Of a DNA stretch of 64,000 nucleotides, positions 46,340 through 56,278 are shown piece after piece. The notes beneath the pieces are model-generated. The model saw nothing but the letters and a program-made list of their open reading frames with translations, did no database searches and was not told where the DNA came from. The stretch spans positions 341,087 through 405,086 of the forward strand of contig CAWAQA010000004.1 of assembly GCA_963784065.1 (NCBI GenBank). Reading direction: 5' to 3'. Source of the DNA: an uncultured Acidobacteriota bacterium. GTDB lineage: Bacteria; Acidobacteriota; Vicinamibacteria; Vicinamibacterales; UBA2999. The first letter of the stretch is position 1; every line of letters begins with the position of its first letter. A program made the translations under genes and the position numbers.

Positions 46340-47541
46340 ATGCGCCGCATCCTGTTCGCGGTTCTCGCGTTGTCCGTGGTGGCGTCCGGCGTCGGCCGCG
46401 AGGACCAGGCCAGCGCGCAATCCACTCCCTACTACCCTGCCGCGTCCGAGTGGCAGCGGCGGACTGCCGATCAGGCTGGCATGGATGCCGCGAAGATCGA
46501 CGCCGCCATCAAGTACGCCGTCGCCAACGAGAATCCCGGCTTCAAGGACCTCGCCCTCGATCAGGCGACGACCTTCGGCGCGCGCGAACCGTTCGATACG
46601 ATCATCGGGCCGATGAAGGAACGGGGCGCGTTGAACGGGTTGATCGTAAGAACGGCTACATCGTCGCCGAATGGGGCGAGACCGTCTCGCGTTGACGTCA
46701 CGCACAGCGTGACGAAGACGTTCCTCACGACGGTCGCCGGGCTCGCCGTGCAGAAGGGCCTCATCCGCAGCGTCGACGACTATCCGCGCGACTACATGCC
46801 GGCCGGCATCGATCTGTTCGAAGCGCCAAAGAACCAGACCGATCACGTGGGATCACCTGCTGCGCCAGACGAGCGACTGGCAGGGCACGCTGTGGGGCAA
46901 GCCCGACTGGGCGGACCGGCCCGAGGGCGAGCCGGCCACCTGGCCGAACCGCAAGGTGTACGAGCCGGGCACGCGCTGGAAGTACAACGACGTCCGCGTG
47001 AACGTGCTCGGCGCTCGCGCTGCTGCACGTCTGGCGCCGGCCGCTGCCCGATGTCCTGCGTGAGGAGATCATGGAGCCAATCGGCGCCTCGTCGACATGG
47101 CGATGGCACGGCTACGAGAACTCGTGGATCGACCTCGACGGCCGGCGAGTGCAGTCGGTCGCCGGCGGCGGCCACTGGGGCGGCGGCATGTTCATCAACG
47201 CGCACGACATGGCGCGCTTCGGGTATCTGTTCCTGCGCAACGGCCGGTGGAACGGCCGGCAAATCGTCTCCGAGCAGTGGATCAAGCAGGCGCGCACGCC
47301 GACGCAGCCCAATCCCGAGTACGGCTACGCGAACTGGTACCTGAATACCGGGCGGAAGCCGCTGCCCGCCGCGCCCGAGTCGAGCGTCACCTTCCGTGGC
47401 AATGGCGCGAACATCATCTACATCGACTGGGAGAACGACCTGGTCGTCGTGGTGCGCTGGATCCGCGGAGGCGAGGCGCTCAACGAGTTCCTGAAGGGCG
47501 TCCTGGAGTCGATCAAGCCGACGGCCACGGCGCGCAATTGA
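46340..47541 (+). pseudogene. secreted serine hydrolase, beta-lactamase (class C/esterase) family. About four frame breaks.
   Basis: Signal peptide MRRILFAVLALSVVASG. SxxK motif THSVTKTFLTTVAGLAV. Then WDHLLRQTSDWQGTLWGKPDW (my own translation). MEPIGASSTWRWHGYENSW...GGGMFINAHDMARFGYLFLRNGRWNG lies in ORF 47071..47541. Confidence 0.7.
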
Positions 47542-47544
47542 TCG

Positions 47545-47598
47545 TCCGGCTGAAGCCGGAAGCCGCAAGGCCTGGCCGATCTGAAGGCCGGCCTCTAC
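47545..47598. repeat. two REP-like hairpins with TGAA loops
   Basis: tccggc tgaa gccgga (47545-47560) is a perfect 6-bp stem. cctggccgat ctgaa ggccggcc tctac (47571-47598) has the reverse complement GTAG AGGCCGGCC TTCAG ATCGGCCAGG. Confidence 0.65.
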
Positions 47599-47608
47599 CG
47601 ACACCGTT

Positions 47609-49283
47609 CTACCTCGCGTACCTGACGTCATCGATCATGAATTGCCCGTTCGTGCCGACGTCCGCGTTCGCCGTATCGATCACGAAAAGGACGGACTGCA
47701 CCGCGGCAAGGACGGGACGACGCGCCGTGGTGACGCCGCGCGGGACGCATGTCGTCGAAGAAAATCGTGATCTCCCGCGGCGCTGGATCGAGGACGACCG
47801 AGCGGTGCCATCGCTCCCCCGCGGCCCCGCCCGGCGCGCGGAGCTGCACCGACACGCGCATCGGCCGGCTCGCGCGCGCGGTGAAGATGAGGCGATCGTA
47901 GTTGGCGATGTCGGGGCCGGCCGGCATCACCATGCGCCGCGAAACGGGCTGTCCGATCGCGCGCCGCCCACCGCGAAGCGGAAGCCGAGCTGGCTTCCGC
48001 CTCCGGCGGCCGGCAGCCTGTCGATGACGCCGGCCGACTGCCCGCCCTGCTCTACGACCCAGTCCGCCGCCGCCGCCGTTGTCGTACTGGACCTTGAACT
48101 CCTTCGGCGTGCCGCGGTGGATCGCGGCGGCACGTCCGTCGTGGCGGAACGCCCGACGTACATCGCATTCGTGATGATCCAGGGCACGGGCGGCTGTCCG
48201 GGAGCGCCCGGCAGTCGCACCTCGACGCGATAGACGCCGGGCTCCCCCGCCGTGTCGTGCTCGAGCACGCCGCCGCCGGCCGATGCTCCCGGTCGCAGGC
48301 CGATCGTGTTTCAGCGAGCACCAGTCACGGCATCCGGAGGCACCTGCGCCACGACTCGAAGCGTCTTGCCATCGCCGGCCGTGAACGACAGGGCGGCCGG
48401 GCCGGCGAGGGCATCGACGGTGGAGTACACGCGTCCCTGTTCGATGGCATCGAGCACCGCGTTCGCGTCGGCGGACGCGCTGCCGGTCAGCGTCACGTCC
48501 GGTAGCGCGATGGAGAACGTGCGAAACAGGTCCTCATACGACGGCAGCGGGAGCAACGCCCTGCTGTCGTATGGCTCTCCCAGACTCCGCAAGCCGATGC
48601 GCGCGTGGGCATCGGCCCCGGCGACGGCGACGACGCGCCGGCGGGCGCTGAGGGCATCCCAGCGTTCCATGAGCTCTTCGGGCTGGTCGAGCAGCGTTGC
48701 CAGCGACTCCGGCGATCGCGCCGGATACGCGAAGAGCGCGCGGGTCAGCGCGAACGCGGATTCATCGCGCCACTCGCTGTCGCCGTTGAGCCATTCGAGC
48801 CCGCCGACCGGCACCGACCAGTCGGTCCATCGCAGTTCCGGCTTTGCGGACGCGGGATGGGCGGCAATCGCAAACCCTCCGAAGCGGCTGATGTCGTCGA
48901 CGACGTCGCGCGCCTCGCCGCCGAGCGGGATACGGGGTGGCGGCCGGCAGGCCGAGCGCCAGGACGTGACCGCCGTCGGTGCTGATCTCGACGGCATCGA
49001 TGCAGAGCACGCGACCGTGATACGCCGGCGGCTCGGGCGGCACGTGTCCCGTCGCCATGGTCGGTGAGGACGACGAAGCTGAGGCCGGCGCGTGCGGCCG
49101 CGGCGGCGACCTCGTCGACCGTGCCGGTGCCGTCGGATCGGCTGCGTGTGAATGTGGATCGGCGCCGCGGACGGGTGGTGTTGACACCTGCAGGCAGCGC
49201 CGGCAACGGGCGCGGCCGGCGCGGCAGCGCAAGAGACCAGGCCGACGGCAAGCGCGAACGAGGACGAAGACGAGGCGCTTCAC
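47609..49283 (-). pseudogene. PHP-domain (CehA/McbA-like) metallohydrolase with a C-terminal beta-sandwich-like domain, secreted. About five frame breaks.
   Basis: MKRLVFVLV... opens ORF 48762..49283. SDGTGTVDEVAAAAARAGLSFVVLTDHGDGT lies in ORF 48745..49251. YHGRVLCIDAVEISTDGGHVLALGL lies in ORF 48762..49283. GGEARDVVDDISRFGGFAIAAHPAS lies in ORF 48311..48997. GVYRVEVRLPGAPGQPPVPWIITNAMYVG lies in ORF 47927..48268. The end GVTTARRPVLAAVQSVLFVIDTANADVGTNGQFMIDDVRYAR-stop is from my own translation, with TAG at 47609-47611. Confidence 0.6.
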
Positions 49284-49295
49284 GAGCTGAACGAA

Positions 49296-50205
49296 CTACT
49301 GCCGCGGGTGGAACTGGTCATAGATCGTGCGCATCCGCTGCTCGAGCACGTGCGTGTAGATCTGCGTCGTCGAGAGATCGGCGTGGCCGAGCATCATCTG
49401 GATCGCGCGCAGGTCGGCGCCGCGCTCGAGCAGGTGCGTCGCGAACGAATGCCGCAGCATGTGCGGGCTGAGTGAGGCCGTAAGACCGGCCTGCCGCGCG
49501 TAGCCCTTCAGGATCTTCCAGAAGCCGACGCGCGTGAGCCCGGGTCCGCCGCCGCGCGCGTTGACGAACAGCCGCGGGCTCGTTCCGCTTGCCGAGCAGC
49601 GCCGGCCGCGCCTCGCGCAGATATGCGCCGCACCCATCGCGTGGCCTCGTCGCCAATCGGCACGACCCGCTGCTTGTCGCCCTTTCCGGTGCACGTCAGG
49701 TACGACGCCTCGAGGTTGACGTCGGCCGGGCGCAGCCCGATGAGCTCGGAGACGCGCATCCCGGTGGCGTATAGCAGCTCAATCAGCGCGCGATCGCGCA
49801 AGCCCGCGCGGCGTGGCGACATCCGGCTGCGCCATCAGCCGGTCGACCTCCTCGACCGACGAGGTAGCGCGGCAGCGCCTTCCATGCCCGCGGTGGCCGG
49901 AGATCGTCCGCCGGGCTGGCCGTGAGGTGGCCGTCGACGACGAGGAAGCGGTAGAAGCCGCGGTAACAGGCGATGGCGCGCGCGACAGAGCGAGGTGAGC
50001 GCCCTTCCGACATCAGCGTGCGCACCAGCTCCTCCAGGTCGGGACGCGCCAGCGCGTCAGGGAGCGCGTCCCGCCCGGCCGCGAATTGCGCCAGCAGCAC
50101 GAGGTCGCGGGCGTAGCTCTCGACCGAGTTCGCCGCCAGACGGCGCTCGACCGTCAGATGCGTGAGGTAGGCGTCTACCGCGGAAGCGGCTCTGGAGGAC
50201 ACCAC
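49296..50205 (-). pseudogene. xerD: site-specific tyrosine recombinase XerD/XerC. Three frame breaks.
   Basis: VDAYLTHLTVERRLAANSVESYARDL lies in ORF 49783..50205. [31 protein letters not shown] lies in ORF 49508..49822. The catalytic end [39 protein letters not shown] lies in ORF 49296..49694. No phage or IS genes flank it. Confidence 0.8.
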
Positions 50206-50401
50206 TGGACGTACTAGTCTAGTGGAACGTATCGACTGATTGAGTAGTCGTCACAACAAGCCTTGAAGCGCGGTTTCCGCGGGCGCCGGCAACACCGCGA
50301 CCCCGCCGCGCACGCTTGCGCGGTGGATTGGAACGGTGCGCCCCGCTACCGACTTGGGTGATACCTGCCAGTAGTAGGTAGAATTGTAGCGAGGATCCCG
50401 A

Positions 50402-51374
50402 ATGCCCGTTCGTTCGAAGTGGCAGTCTCTCCCGACCGAAGCGATCAATCCTTCGACGCTCGACATCGACAAGCTGGCCGCCGACGACATTGTCGAGCTC
50501 ATGATCAGCGAGGACCGCAAGATGCTGGCGGCCGTTCAACGCGAGCGCGAGCGGATCGCCCTCGGCGTCGAAATGATCTCCGTCGCGCTGCGCAAGGGCG
50601 GACGCGTCGTCTTCGTCGGCGCCGGCACCAGCGGCCGGCTCGGGGTGCTCGAGTCGGCGGAGATGCCGCCGACCTTCAGCACCGACCCGGAGCTGGTGCA
50701 GGCGGTGATGGCCGGCGGCCGCGAAGCGATCTTCGCCGCGAAGGAAGGCGTCGAGGACGACTACGAGGAAGGCGCGCGCACGATGACGCGGCTGAAGACG
50801 GGCAAGAAGGACGTCGTCATCGGCGTCTCGGCGAGCGGCATGACACAGTTCGTCCGCGGCGCACTGACCCGCGCGCGCAAGGCCGGCTCGCGCATCATCT
50901 TCGTCACCTGCGACCCGGGCACCGAGCTGCAGACGTTCGTCGATCTCACGATCGCGCCGGGCGTAGGCGCCGAAGTGATCGCGGGATCGACGCGGTTGAA
51001 GGCGGGCACGGCGACGAAGCTCGTGCTCAACATGCTGACGACCGGCGCGATGATCCGGATCGGCAAGACCTACGGCAACCTGATGGTCGACGTGCAGACG
51101 GGATCGGAAAAGCTGAAGGACCGCGCCCGCCGCATCGTCAACATCGTCACCGGCCTGGAGTACGACGAGGCCGACAAGCTGCTGAAGAAGGCGCACTGGA
51201 ACGTCAAAGCCGCCATCGTCATGCAGAAGACCGGCCTCGCGTATCCCAAGGCGTTGTCGCGGCTGCGCAAGGCGCACGACTCGATGCGCGAAGCGCTCAA
51301 CGAGGACATCGAGCCGCGGCTGCGCGGCATGCTGCAGGGCGCCGCCGAGGCCGGCACGCGCGACGGGCATGTAA
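50402..51374 (+). CDS. murQ: N-acetylmuramic acid 6-phosphate etherase MurQ. The 3' end is uncertain, because the ORF reads on to 51778, antisense to nagB.
   Basis: SIS-domain sequence: TEAINPSTLDIDKL, VVFVGAGTSGRLGVLESAEMPPTF, VIGVSASGMT, EVIAGSTRLKAGTATKLVLNMLTTG and KTYGNLMVDVQ. The family-like end ...AHDSMREALNE comes at about codon 300. Everything after about 51370 is Arg/Ser-rich noise. Confidence 0.8.
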
Positions 51375-51375
51375 G

Positions 51376-52176
51376 TCAGCGCACTGACCGCGTCGTCAGC
51401 ACCGAAGCCGCATCGCGATCGAGGTACAACTCGGCGCGGCGGTGCAGCTGCAGGAACGACGCAGGCAGGTGCGGCGTCAACGGGCCATTGATCGTCCGCT
51501 CGATGCAGCGCGCCTTCCGTTCTCCCATCGCGACGAGAATGAGCGTCGCCGCTTTCAGGATCGTTCCCATCCCCATCGACAGCGCCTCGCGCGGCACTCG
51601 GGACGGATCGCCGCCGAACAGCGCCGCGTTGTCGCGGCGCGTCGTTTCCGCCAGGGTCACGCGGTGCGTGCGCGACACGAGCTCGTCGCCAGGCTCGTTG
51701 AAGCCGATGTGTCCGTTCGCTCCGATGCCGAGAATCTGGAGGTCGATCCCGCCCGTCGCTTCGATCTCCTGCTCGTAGCGTCGTGCACTCCGCGTCGAGG
51801 TCGGCGGCAGCGCCGTTGAGAAAATGAATGCGCTGCGGCGCCAGATTGACGGCTGCGAACAGATGCTGTCTCCATGAACCGGCGGAAGCTGCCGGCATGC
51901 GACGGCGTCCACGCCGGCGAACTCGTCGAGGTTGAACGTCACCGCGCGCCCGAAGTCGGCTTCTCCCGCGGCATGGAGGCGCCGCAACTCCGCATACATC
52001 GCCACGGGCGTACGGCCGGTGGGCAGGCCGAGGACGACGTCGGGCTTCTCGCGTAACGCATCGGCGACACGCCGCGCGAGCGCGGCGGCGACCTGGGCGG
52101 GAGTGTCGAAGATCTTGACGTTCACCAGAGTCGATGCAGCCGGCAGCTGGGAGCAGGCAGCCAGCAGCGAATGCAC
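51376..52176 (-). pseudogene. nagB: glucosamine-6-phosphate deaminase NagB. Two frame breaks in the middle.
   Basis: VNVKIFDTPAQVAAALARRVADALREKPDVVLGLPTGRTPVAMY and GGIDLQILGIGANGHIGFNEPG lie in ORF 51376..52176. The intervening HLFAAVNLAPQRIHFLNGAAADLDAEC is found only in the frame of ORF 50219..51898. The start is ATG 52176 or GTG 52125. Confidence 0.85.
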
Positions 52177-52249
52177 TTACGGCTCAATGAGGTGAACGAT
52201 ACGGCCTTCAGCATCTTGTTGCGCGGAAGGTCACTGCCGGCTGCCGGCC

Positions 52250-53185
52250 TCATATGTACGACGGCACCGTGGCCCGTCCCTGTGCGGTCGCGATGGCGAG
52301 GCGCACGGCACCGATCGCAGGTTCGACGTCCAGGAGGCGAACCTCGCTTCGCGGAGCGACCTCGGAGATCCTTCTGGTCACGTCGGCCGCGAGCCACGGC
52401 ACACCGCGGAAGATGCCACCGGCCAGGATGGTCGGGAAGACATCGCCGCGCATTTCCAGCCGCGAGATGACCGACGACGCGGCGGAGGCCAGTTCGGTGC
52501 CGGCGCGCGTGAGAATGTCGGCCGCGACCGCGTCGCGCCGTTCCATCGCGGTCTGCACCAGCGAGGCCAGCGCCGTGATGGTGCGCCGGTGCACATCGCG
52601 GTCGTAGATCTCGCGGATGAGCGCGGTTGGGCTGGCGAGGTTCAAATGGTCCAGTACGAGCTCGGTCAGCAGCGTCGCAGGGCCGCGGCCGTCGTACTGC
52701 CGAACGACCGCCGACAGCGCCGCGCGGCCGATCCAGTAGCCGCCGCCTTCGTCGCCGAGCAGATAACCCCAGCCGCCGGCGCGCGCCGCGTGTCCGCTCG
52801 CGTCCTTCCCGTACGCGATCGATCCGGTGCCGGCGACGAGGACTACGCCCGGGTTCTCGCCGGCGCCGGCGACGAGGGCGACCAGCGCGTCGTTCACGAC
52901 AAGGGTGGGCGTCTTGAAGCCGATGCGCCGCATGATGCCGCGAACGGCGTCGGCGTCTCCAGGCCGATCGACGCCCGCAATGCCGAGGCAGATCGCCGCC
53001 GGCAGCCCCTCGCGCTCCGCAAGCACGGCCTCCATGACGTGGTGGAGCACCTTCTCGACTTCCAGCTCCCCCGCGGCCTGCAGGTTCGCACCGCTGCCGC
53101 GCGCCTCGGCAATGACGCGGCCCTCCGCGTCCGCGAGGATGCACACCGTCTTGGTGCCGCCGGCGTCGATGCCGAGAACGTGCAT
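52250..53185 (-). CDS. N-acetylglucosamine kinase, BadF/BadG/BcrA/BcrD ATPase family
   Basis: MHVLGIDAGGTKTVCILAD carries the phosphate-1 motif. GIAGVD. LVAGTGSIAYG. GWGYLLGDEGGGYWIG. The start is ATG 53185; the ORF opens at 53269. Confidence 0.8.
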   Translation of the reverse strand: MHVLGIDAGGTKTVCILADAEGRVIAEARGSGANLQAAGELEVEKVLHHVMEAVLAEREGLPAAICLGIAGVDRPGDADAVRGIMRRIGFKTPTLVVNDALVALVAGAGENPGVVLVAGTGSIAYGKDASGHAARAGGWGYLLGDEGGGYWIGRAALSAVVRQYDGRGPATLLTELVLDHLNLASPTALIREIYDRDVHRRTITALASLVQTAMERRDAVAADILTRAGTELASAASSVISRLEMRGDVFPTILAGGIFRGVPWLAADVTRRISEVAPRSEVRLLDVEPAIGAVRLAIATAQGRATVPSYI

Positions 53186-53213
53186 GGCAAATATGGTACA
53201 TTGCGCCGACTCC

Positions 53214-54210
53214 ATGACACTCCGCCTCTCTGCCGCGTTCGTCGTGTGCGCGGTGATCCTCGGTTTCACGGCGTCTGCTCAGGAGGTCGAGGTACGCGCG
53301 CAGTGGATCCAGGCGACCACCCTGCAGTCGCCAGAGTCGATCAGGCGGATGGTCGCCACGGCGGCCAGCAACGGCATCAACACGCTGTTCGTTCCCGTGA
53401 GACCGCAGAGTTCTGGCTTCGACTCGCTGGCCGAGACGATTGCGGCGGCGCAGCGTCCGCGGGATGCGCGTGCACGCGTGGCTCGACGTGAACCGTGCCG
53501 CGAGTGCCAGTGAACTGCCTCCGTCCCGCGACCACCTCATCTACCAGCATCCTGAATGGTTGATGGTCCCGCGGGAGCTGGCTCCGGACCTGCTGGCCGT
53601 TGACGTCAGAAGTCCCGAGTACCTCGGCCGCCTCGCGCGTTGGACGCGCGCCAATGCGGCGCGCCTCGAGGGGTTGTACGTGTCGCCCCTGCACACCGGG
53701 GCGCACCTGCAGATCGCCGCAACGGTCAAGGACCTCGTCACGCGTTATGCGATAGACGGGCTCCACCTCGATCACATTCGCTTCCCAGGCCCCGACTTCG
53801 ACTACAGCCGTGCGGCGATCGATGCGTTCCGCACCGAAATCCGCGGGCGCCTCACGGCGGCCGAGCGTGCGCGCATCGACAGCGTCGAGGCGATCGACCC
53901 CTTCGCCTACCCCGAGGAGCTGTCGGAGGCATGGCGGTTGTTCCGCCAGACCCAGCTCACCGCGCTCGTCACGCGGCTTCGAAGCACGGCGAAAGCCATC
54001 CGTGCCAGCGTCGTGGTCAGCGCCGCCGTCGTGGCGGACCCGTTGCTCGCCGCCCGTGACGGCTTCCAGGATTGGCGGACCTGGCTGGACAACGGGTTCA
54101 TCGACGCGTTGTGCCCGGTGCCGGACAACTCGCCGCATGCGCCGTCGGAGGCGATCATCGCGGACGTCCGGGCCCTCGCCGGCTCCAAGCCGGTCTGGAT
54201 CCGCAACTAG
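53214..54210 (+). pseudogene. secreted glycosyl-hydrolase-like family 10 (GHL10/DUF187-type) protein. One frame break near 53455.
   Basis: The signal peptide MTLRLSAAFVVCAVILGFTASAQ and RAQWIQATTL...NGINTLFVPVR lie in ORF 52827..53513. GMRVHAWLDVN...HPEWLMV...YVSP...VKDLVTRYAIDGLHLDHIRFP lies in ORF 53440..54210. The family call is from memory of the motif pattern and is unverified. Confidence 0.55.
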
Positions 54211-54213
54211 GGA

Positions 54214-55266
54214 GTGAGCCGATTCGCGAGCGCGCGTGAGATCCTCCGAAACGCGGTCGCCCGCCACGCGTTTCCCGCCGCCGTTGTCGAGGCCGGCGAC
54301 GCCACTGCTCCGCTCTGGCGCGAGCCGTTCGGCAGCCTGACCTTTGACGCCGGTGCGGCCCCGGCGTCGAACGACACCATCTTCGATCTCGCCTCGCTGA
54401 CGAAGGTCCTTTCGACCACGCCGCTGGCGATGCAGCAGATCGAGCGCGGCGCGATGGCCCTGGACGACCCGGTGTCACAGTACCTGGACACGTGGCAAGG
54501 CGCCGATCGCGCCGGGGTGACCGTCCGCGATCTGCTGGCGCACGCCTCGGGCCTGCCCGCGTGGCTTCCGTTCTTCCGCGATCACCGCGGCCGCGACGCG
54601 TTCGAGCGCGCGATTGCTGCCACGGCACTCGAGTACCCGCCGCGGTCGCAATCGATCTACAGCGACCTCGGCTTCATGCTCCTAGGGTTCATCCTGGAAG
54701 GCGGGGTATCACTCGCGACACGCTTCGACACGATGTTCGCGCAGATGGGCATCGTGCAGGAAGTGCAGTTCAACCCGCCGGCCCTGTGGCACCGGCGGAC
54801 GGCGCCCACCGAACAGGATCCGTGGCGCGGCCGACTGCTCGTCGGCGAGGTTCACGACGAGAACGCACACGCGCTCGGCGGCGCCGCCGGTCACGCCGGC
54901 CTCTTCGGCACGGCCGCAGCCGTTGGCGACTACGCCCGCCACCTGCTCCAGATTCTGGACGGACGCACCGGCGCGTTCCGGCGCGAGACGCTCGAGACGT
55001 TCGTGACGCGCCGGCCCGATGTGCCCGGCAGCTCCCGTGCACTGGGCTGGGACACGATGCTGCGCACCTCGTCCTGCGGCACGCGGATGTCCCCGCGCGC
55101 CTTCGGGCACACGGGATTCACGGGCACATCGTTGTGGATCGATCCTGACGCGGGCGTGTACGTCGTCCTGCTGACGAACCGGGTGCATCCGACACGCGAG
55201 AATGACGCGATGAAACTGGTGCGGCCGGCCGTCCACGACGCCGTGATGGAGGACCTGAGGGTGTAG
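54214..55266 (+). CDS. serine hydrolase, beta-lactamase family
   Basis: Intact 350-aa ORF. SxxK motif FDLASLTKVLSTTPLAM. YSDLGFMLLG. A HTGFTGTSLWIDP end that is typical of the family. Confidence 0.8.
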   Translation: MSRFASAREILRNAVARHAFPAAVVEAGDATAPLWREPFGSLTFDAGAAPASNDTIFDLASLTKVLSTTPLAMQQIERGAMALDDPVSQYLDTWQGADRAGVTVRDLLAHASGLPAWLPFFRDHRGRDAFERAIAATALEYPPRSQSIYSDLGFMLLGFILEGGVSLATRFDTMFAQMGIVQEVQFNPPALWHRRTAPTEQDPWRGRLLVGEVHDENAHALGGAAGHAGLFGTAAAVGDYARHLLQILDGRTGAFRRETLETFVTRRPDVPGSSRALGWDTMLRTSSCGTRMSPRAFGHTGFTGTSLWIDPDAGVYVVLLTNRVHPTRENDAMKLVRPAVHDAVMEDLRV

Positions 55267-55328
55267 TGGGCAGTGGGCACGACCCACGCGAGGCGCTGCC
55301 AACTGCTGACTGCGGAGTGCCGACTACT
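55266..55328. repeat. convergent-gene spacer made of 9 heptad words (GTGGGCA-type then NACTGCN-type)
   Basis: Reads gtgggca gtgggca cgaccca cgcgagg cgctgcc aactgct gactgcg gagtgcc gactact. The spacer lies exactly between the two stop codons (55264-55266 and 55328-55330). Confidence 0.7.
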
Positions 55329-56278
55329 TACGGGACCGTGAACGGGGAACCGCCGCGGCCGCGGCCGCCTGGCAATTGGAGCGGTGATGCGCCGCTGCCC
55401 TGCGGCAATCCGCGTCCGCCGCCACCCAGGCCAGGCGTCGGCAGACCTCTCCCTCGTCCTTCCATGCCTGGCAACTGCGTGCCCCGTCCGCCCGGCGTCG
55501 CCGTGCCGGGGACGCCGCCGCCCGCCTGCTGGTTGGCTTCGGTCGCGACGAACGCCCACTCGTTGTATTTGTTGCGGCCGTTGAAGAGGCGCAGTGAGGT
55601 CTGCTCGCTCTTGCTGACGACACCCAGGACAGGTCCCGTTGTCCCCCCGGTACCTGGGCGCGTCACGCGATTGAAGCCAGACGCGGCCGGGCCCGTTCCG
55701 CCGCCGGCGCCCAATCCGAGGGTCGCGCCCGTGCCACGCCCACCGGTCGGATCCGTGCCCTGGCCGGTGCCAAGTCCCGTCCCGCGGCCTGCGCCGGCCC
55801 CCAATCCCCCGCCGCTCCCCAATCCCCCGCCGCTCCCCAATCCTCCGCCGCCCCCCAATCCTGCTCCTGCCCCTAACCCCGCGCCGCCCCCTAACCCTGC
55901 TCCTGCTCCGCGGCCGGGGACCACCGGCGCAGTCATCTGGCCTGGCACTGGCGTGCCGACCGAGATGATCTGGAACTCGCCGTCCGCCGTCATCGGGTCC
56001 TTGTACTTTTTCCGGAGGAACTTCTCGTTGACGAGGACGTCAACGCTCGGCGGGAACGCGCCGCGACTGCGCTGGTAGAGCGCGACGGCGCGCGAGTACT
56101 GCAGTCCGCGGAATACGAGCTCTTCTTCGCGCTCGCGCCGGGCGAGCGTCCCCCACGCGGGCAGCAGCATGCTGAGCGCGATGGACATCACGCTCAGCAT
56201 GATGAGCAGCGCAGCCATCGCGAAGCCGCGCTCGCTACTAGAGAACGATCGTCGTGGTGCCGGTTCCCGTGCGCCCAT
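55328..56278 (-). CDS. Gly-rich pseudopilin-like protein with a hydrophobic N-terminal helix (last gene of the pilus/T2SS-like operon)
   Basis: Intact 316-aa ORF. ...SSERGFAMAALLIMLSVMSIALSMLLPAW resembles a prepilin leader plus helix, but has Ala where the conserved Glu5 would be. Then LVFRGLQYSRAVALYQ and FLRKKYKDPMT, and long GLGxGG and GGRG tracts. The start at 56278 overlaps the upstream gene by 41 nt. Confidence 0.55.
   Translation of the reverse strand: MGAREPAPRRSFSSSERGFAMAALLIMLSVMSIALSMLLPAWGTLARREREEELVFRGLQYSRAVALYQRSRGAFPPSVDVLVNEKFLRKKYKDPMTADGEFQIISVGTPVPGQMTAPVVPGRGAGAGLGGGAGLGAGAGLGGGGGLGSGGGLGSGGGLGAGAGRGTGLGTGQGTDPTGGRGTGATLGLGAGGGTGPAASGFNRVTRPGTGGTTGPVLGVVSKSEQTSLRLFNGRNKYNEWAFVATEANQQAGGGVPGTATPGGRGTQLPGMEGRGRGLPTPGLGGGGRGLPQGSGASPLQLPGGRGRGGSPFTVP
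55799..55906 (-). repeat. 18-nt tandem repeat, 6 units, encoding (G-A/G-G-L-G-x) hexapeptides
   Basis: Plus-strand units: ccccaatcccccgccgct (twice), ccccaatcctccgccgcc, ccccaatcctgctcctgc, ccctaaccccgcgccgcc, ccctaaccctgctcctgc. Confidence 0.85.

Noticed and set aside
49296-50205. The tyrosine recombinase considered as the integrase of a mobile element or prophage.
   Set aside because: The sequence is of the XerC/XerD housekeeping type ([15 protein letters not shown], end ...YDQFHPRQ). No tRNA, att-like direct repeats, phage or IS genes flank it.
51375-51778. The C-terminal 135 codons of the murQ ORF considered as a real extra domain.
   Set aside because: The translation is Arg/Ser-rich and featureless, and it is fully antisense to the well-conserved nagB.
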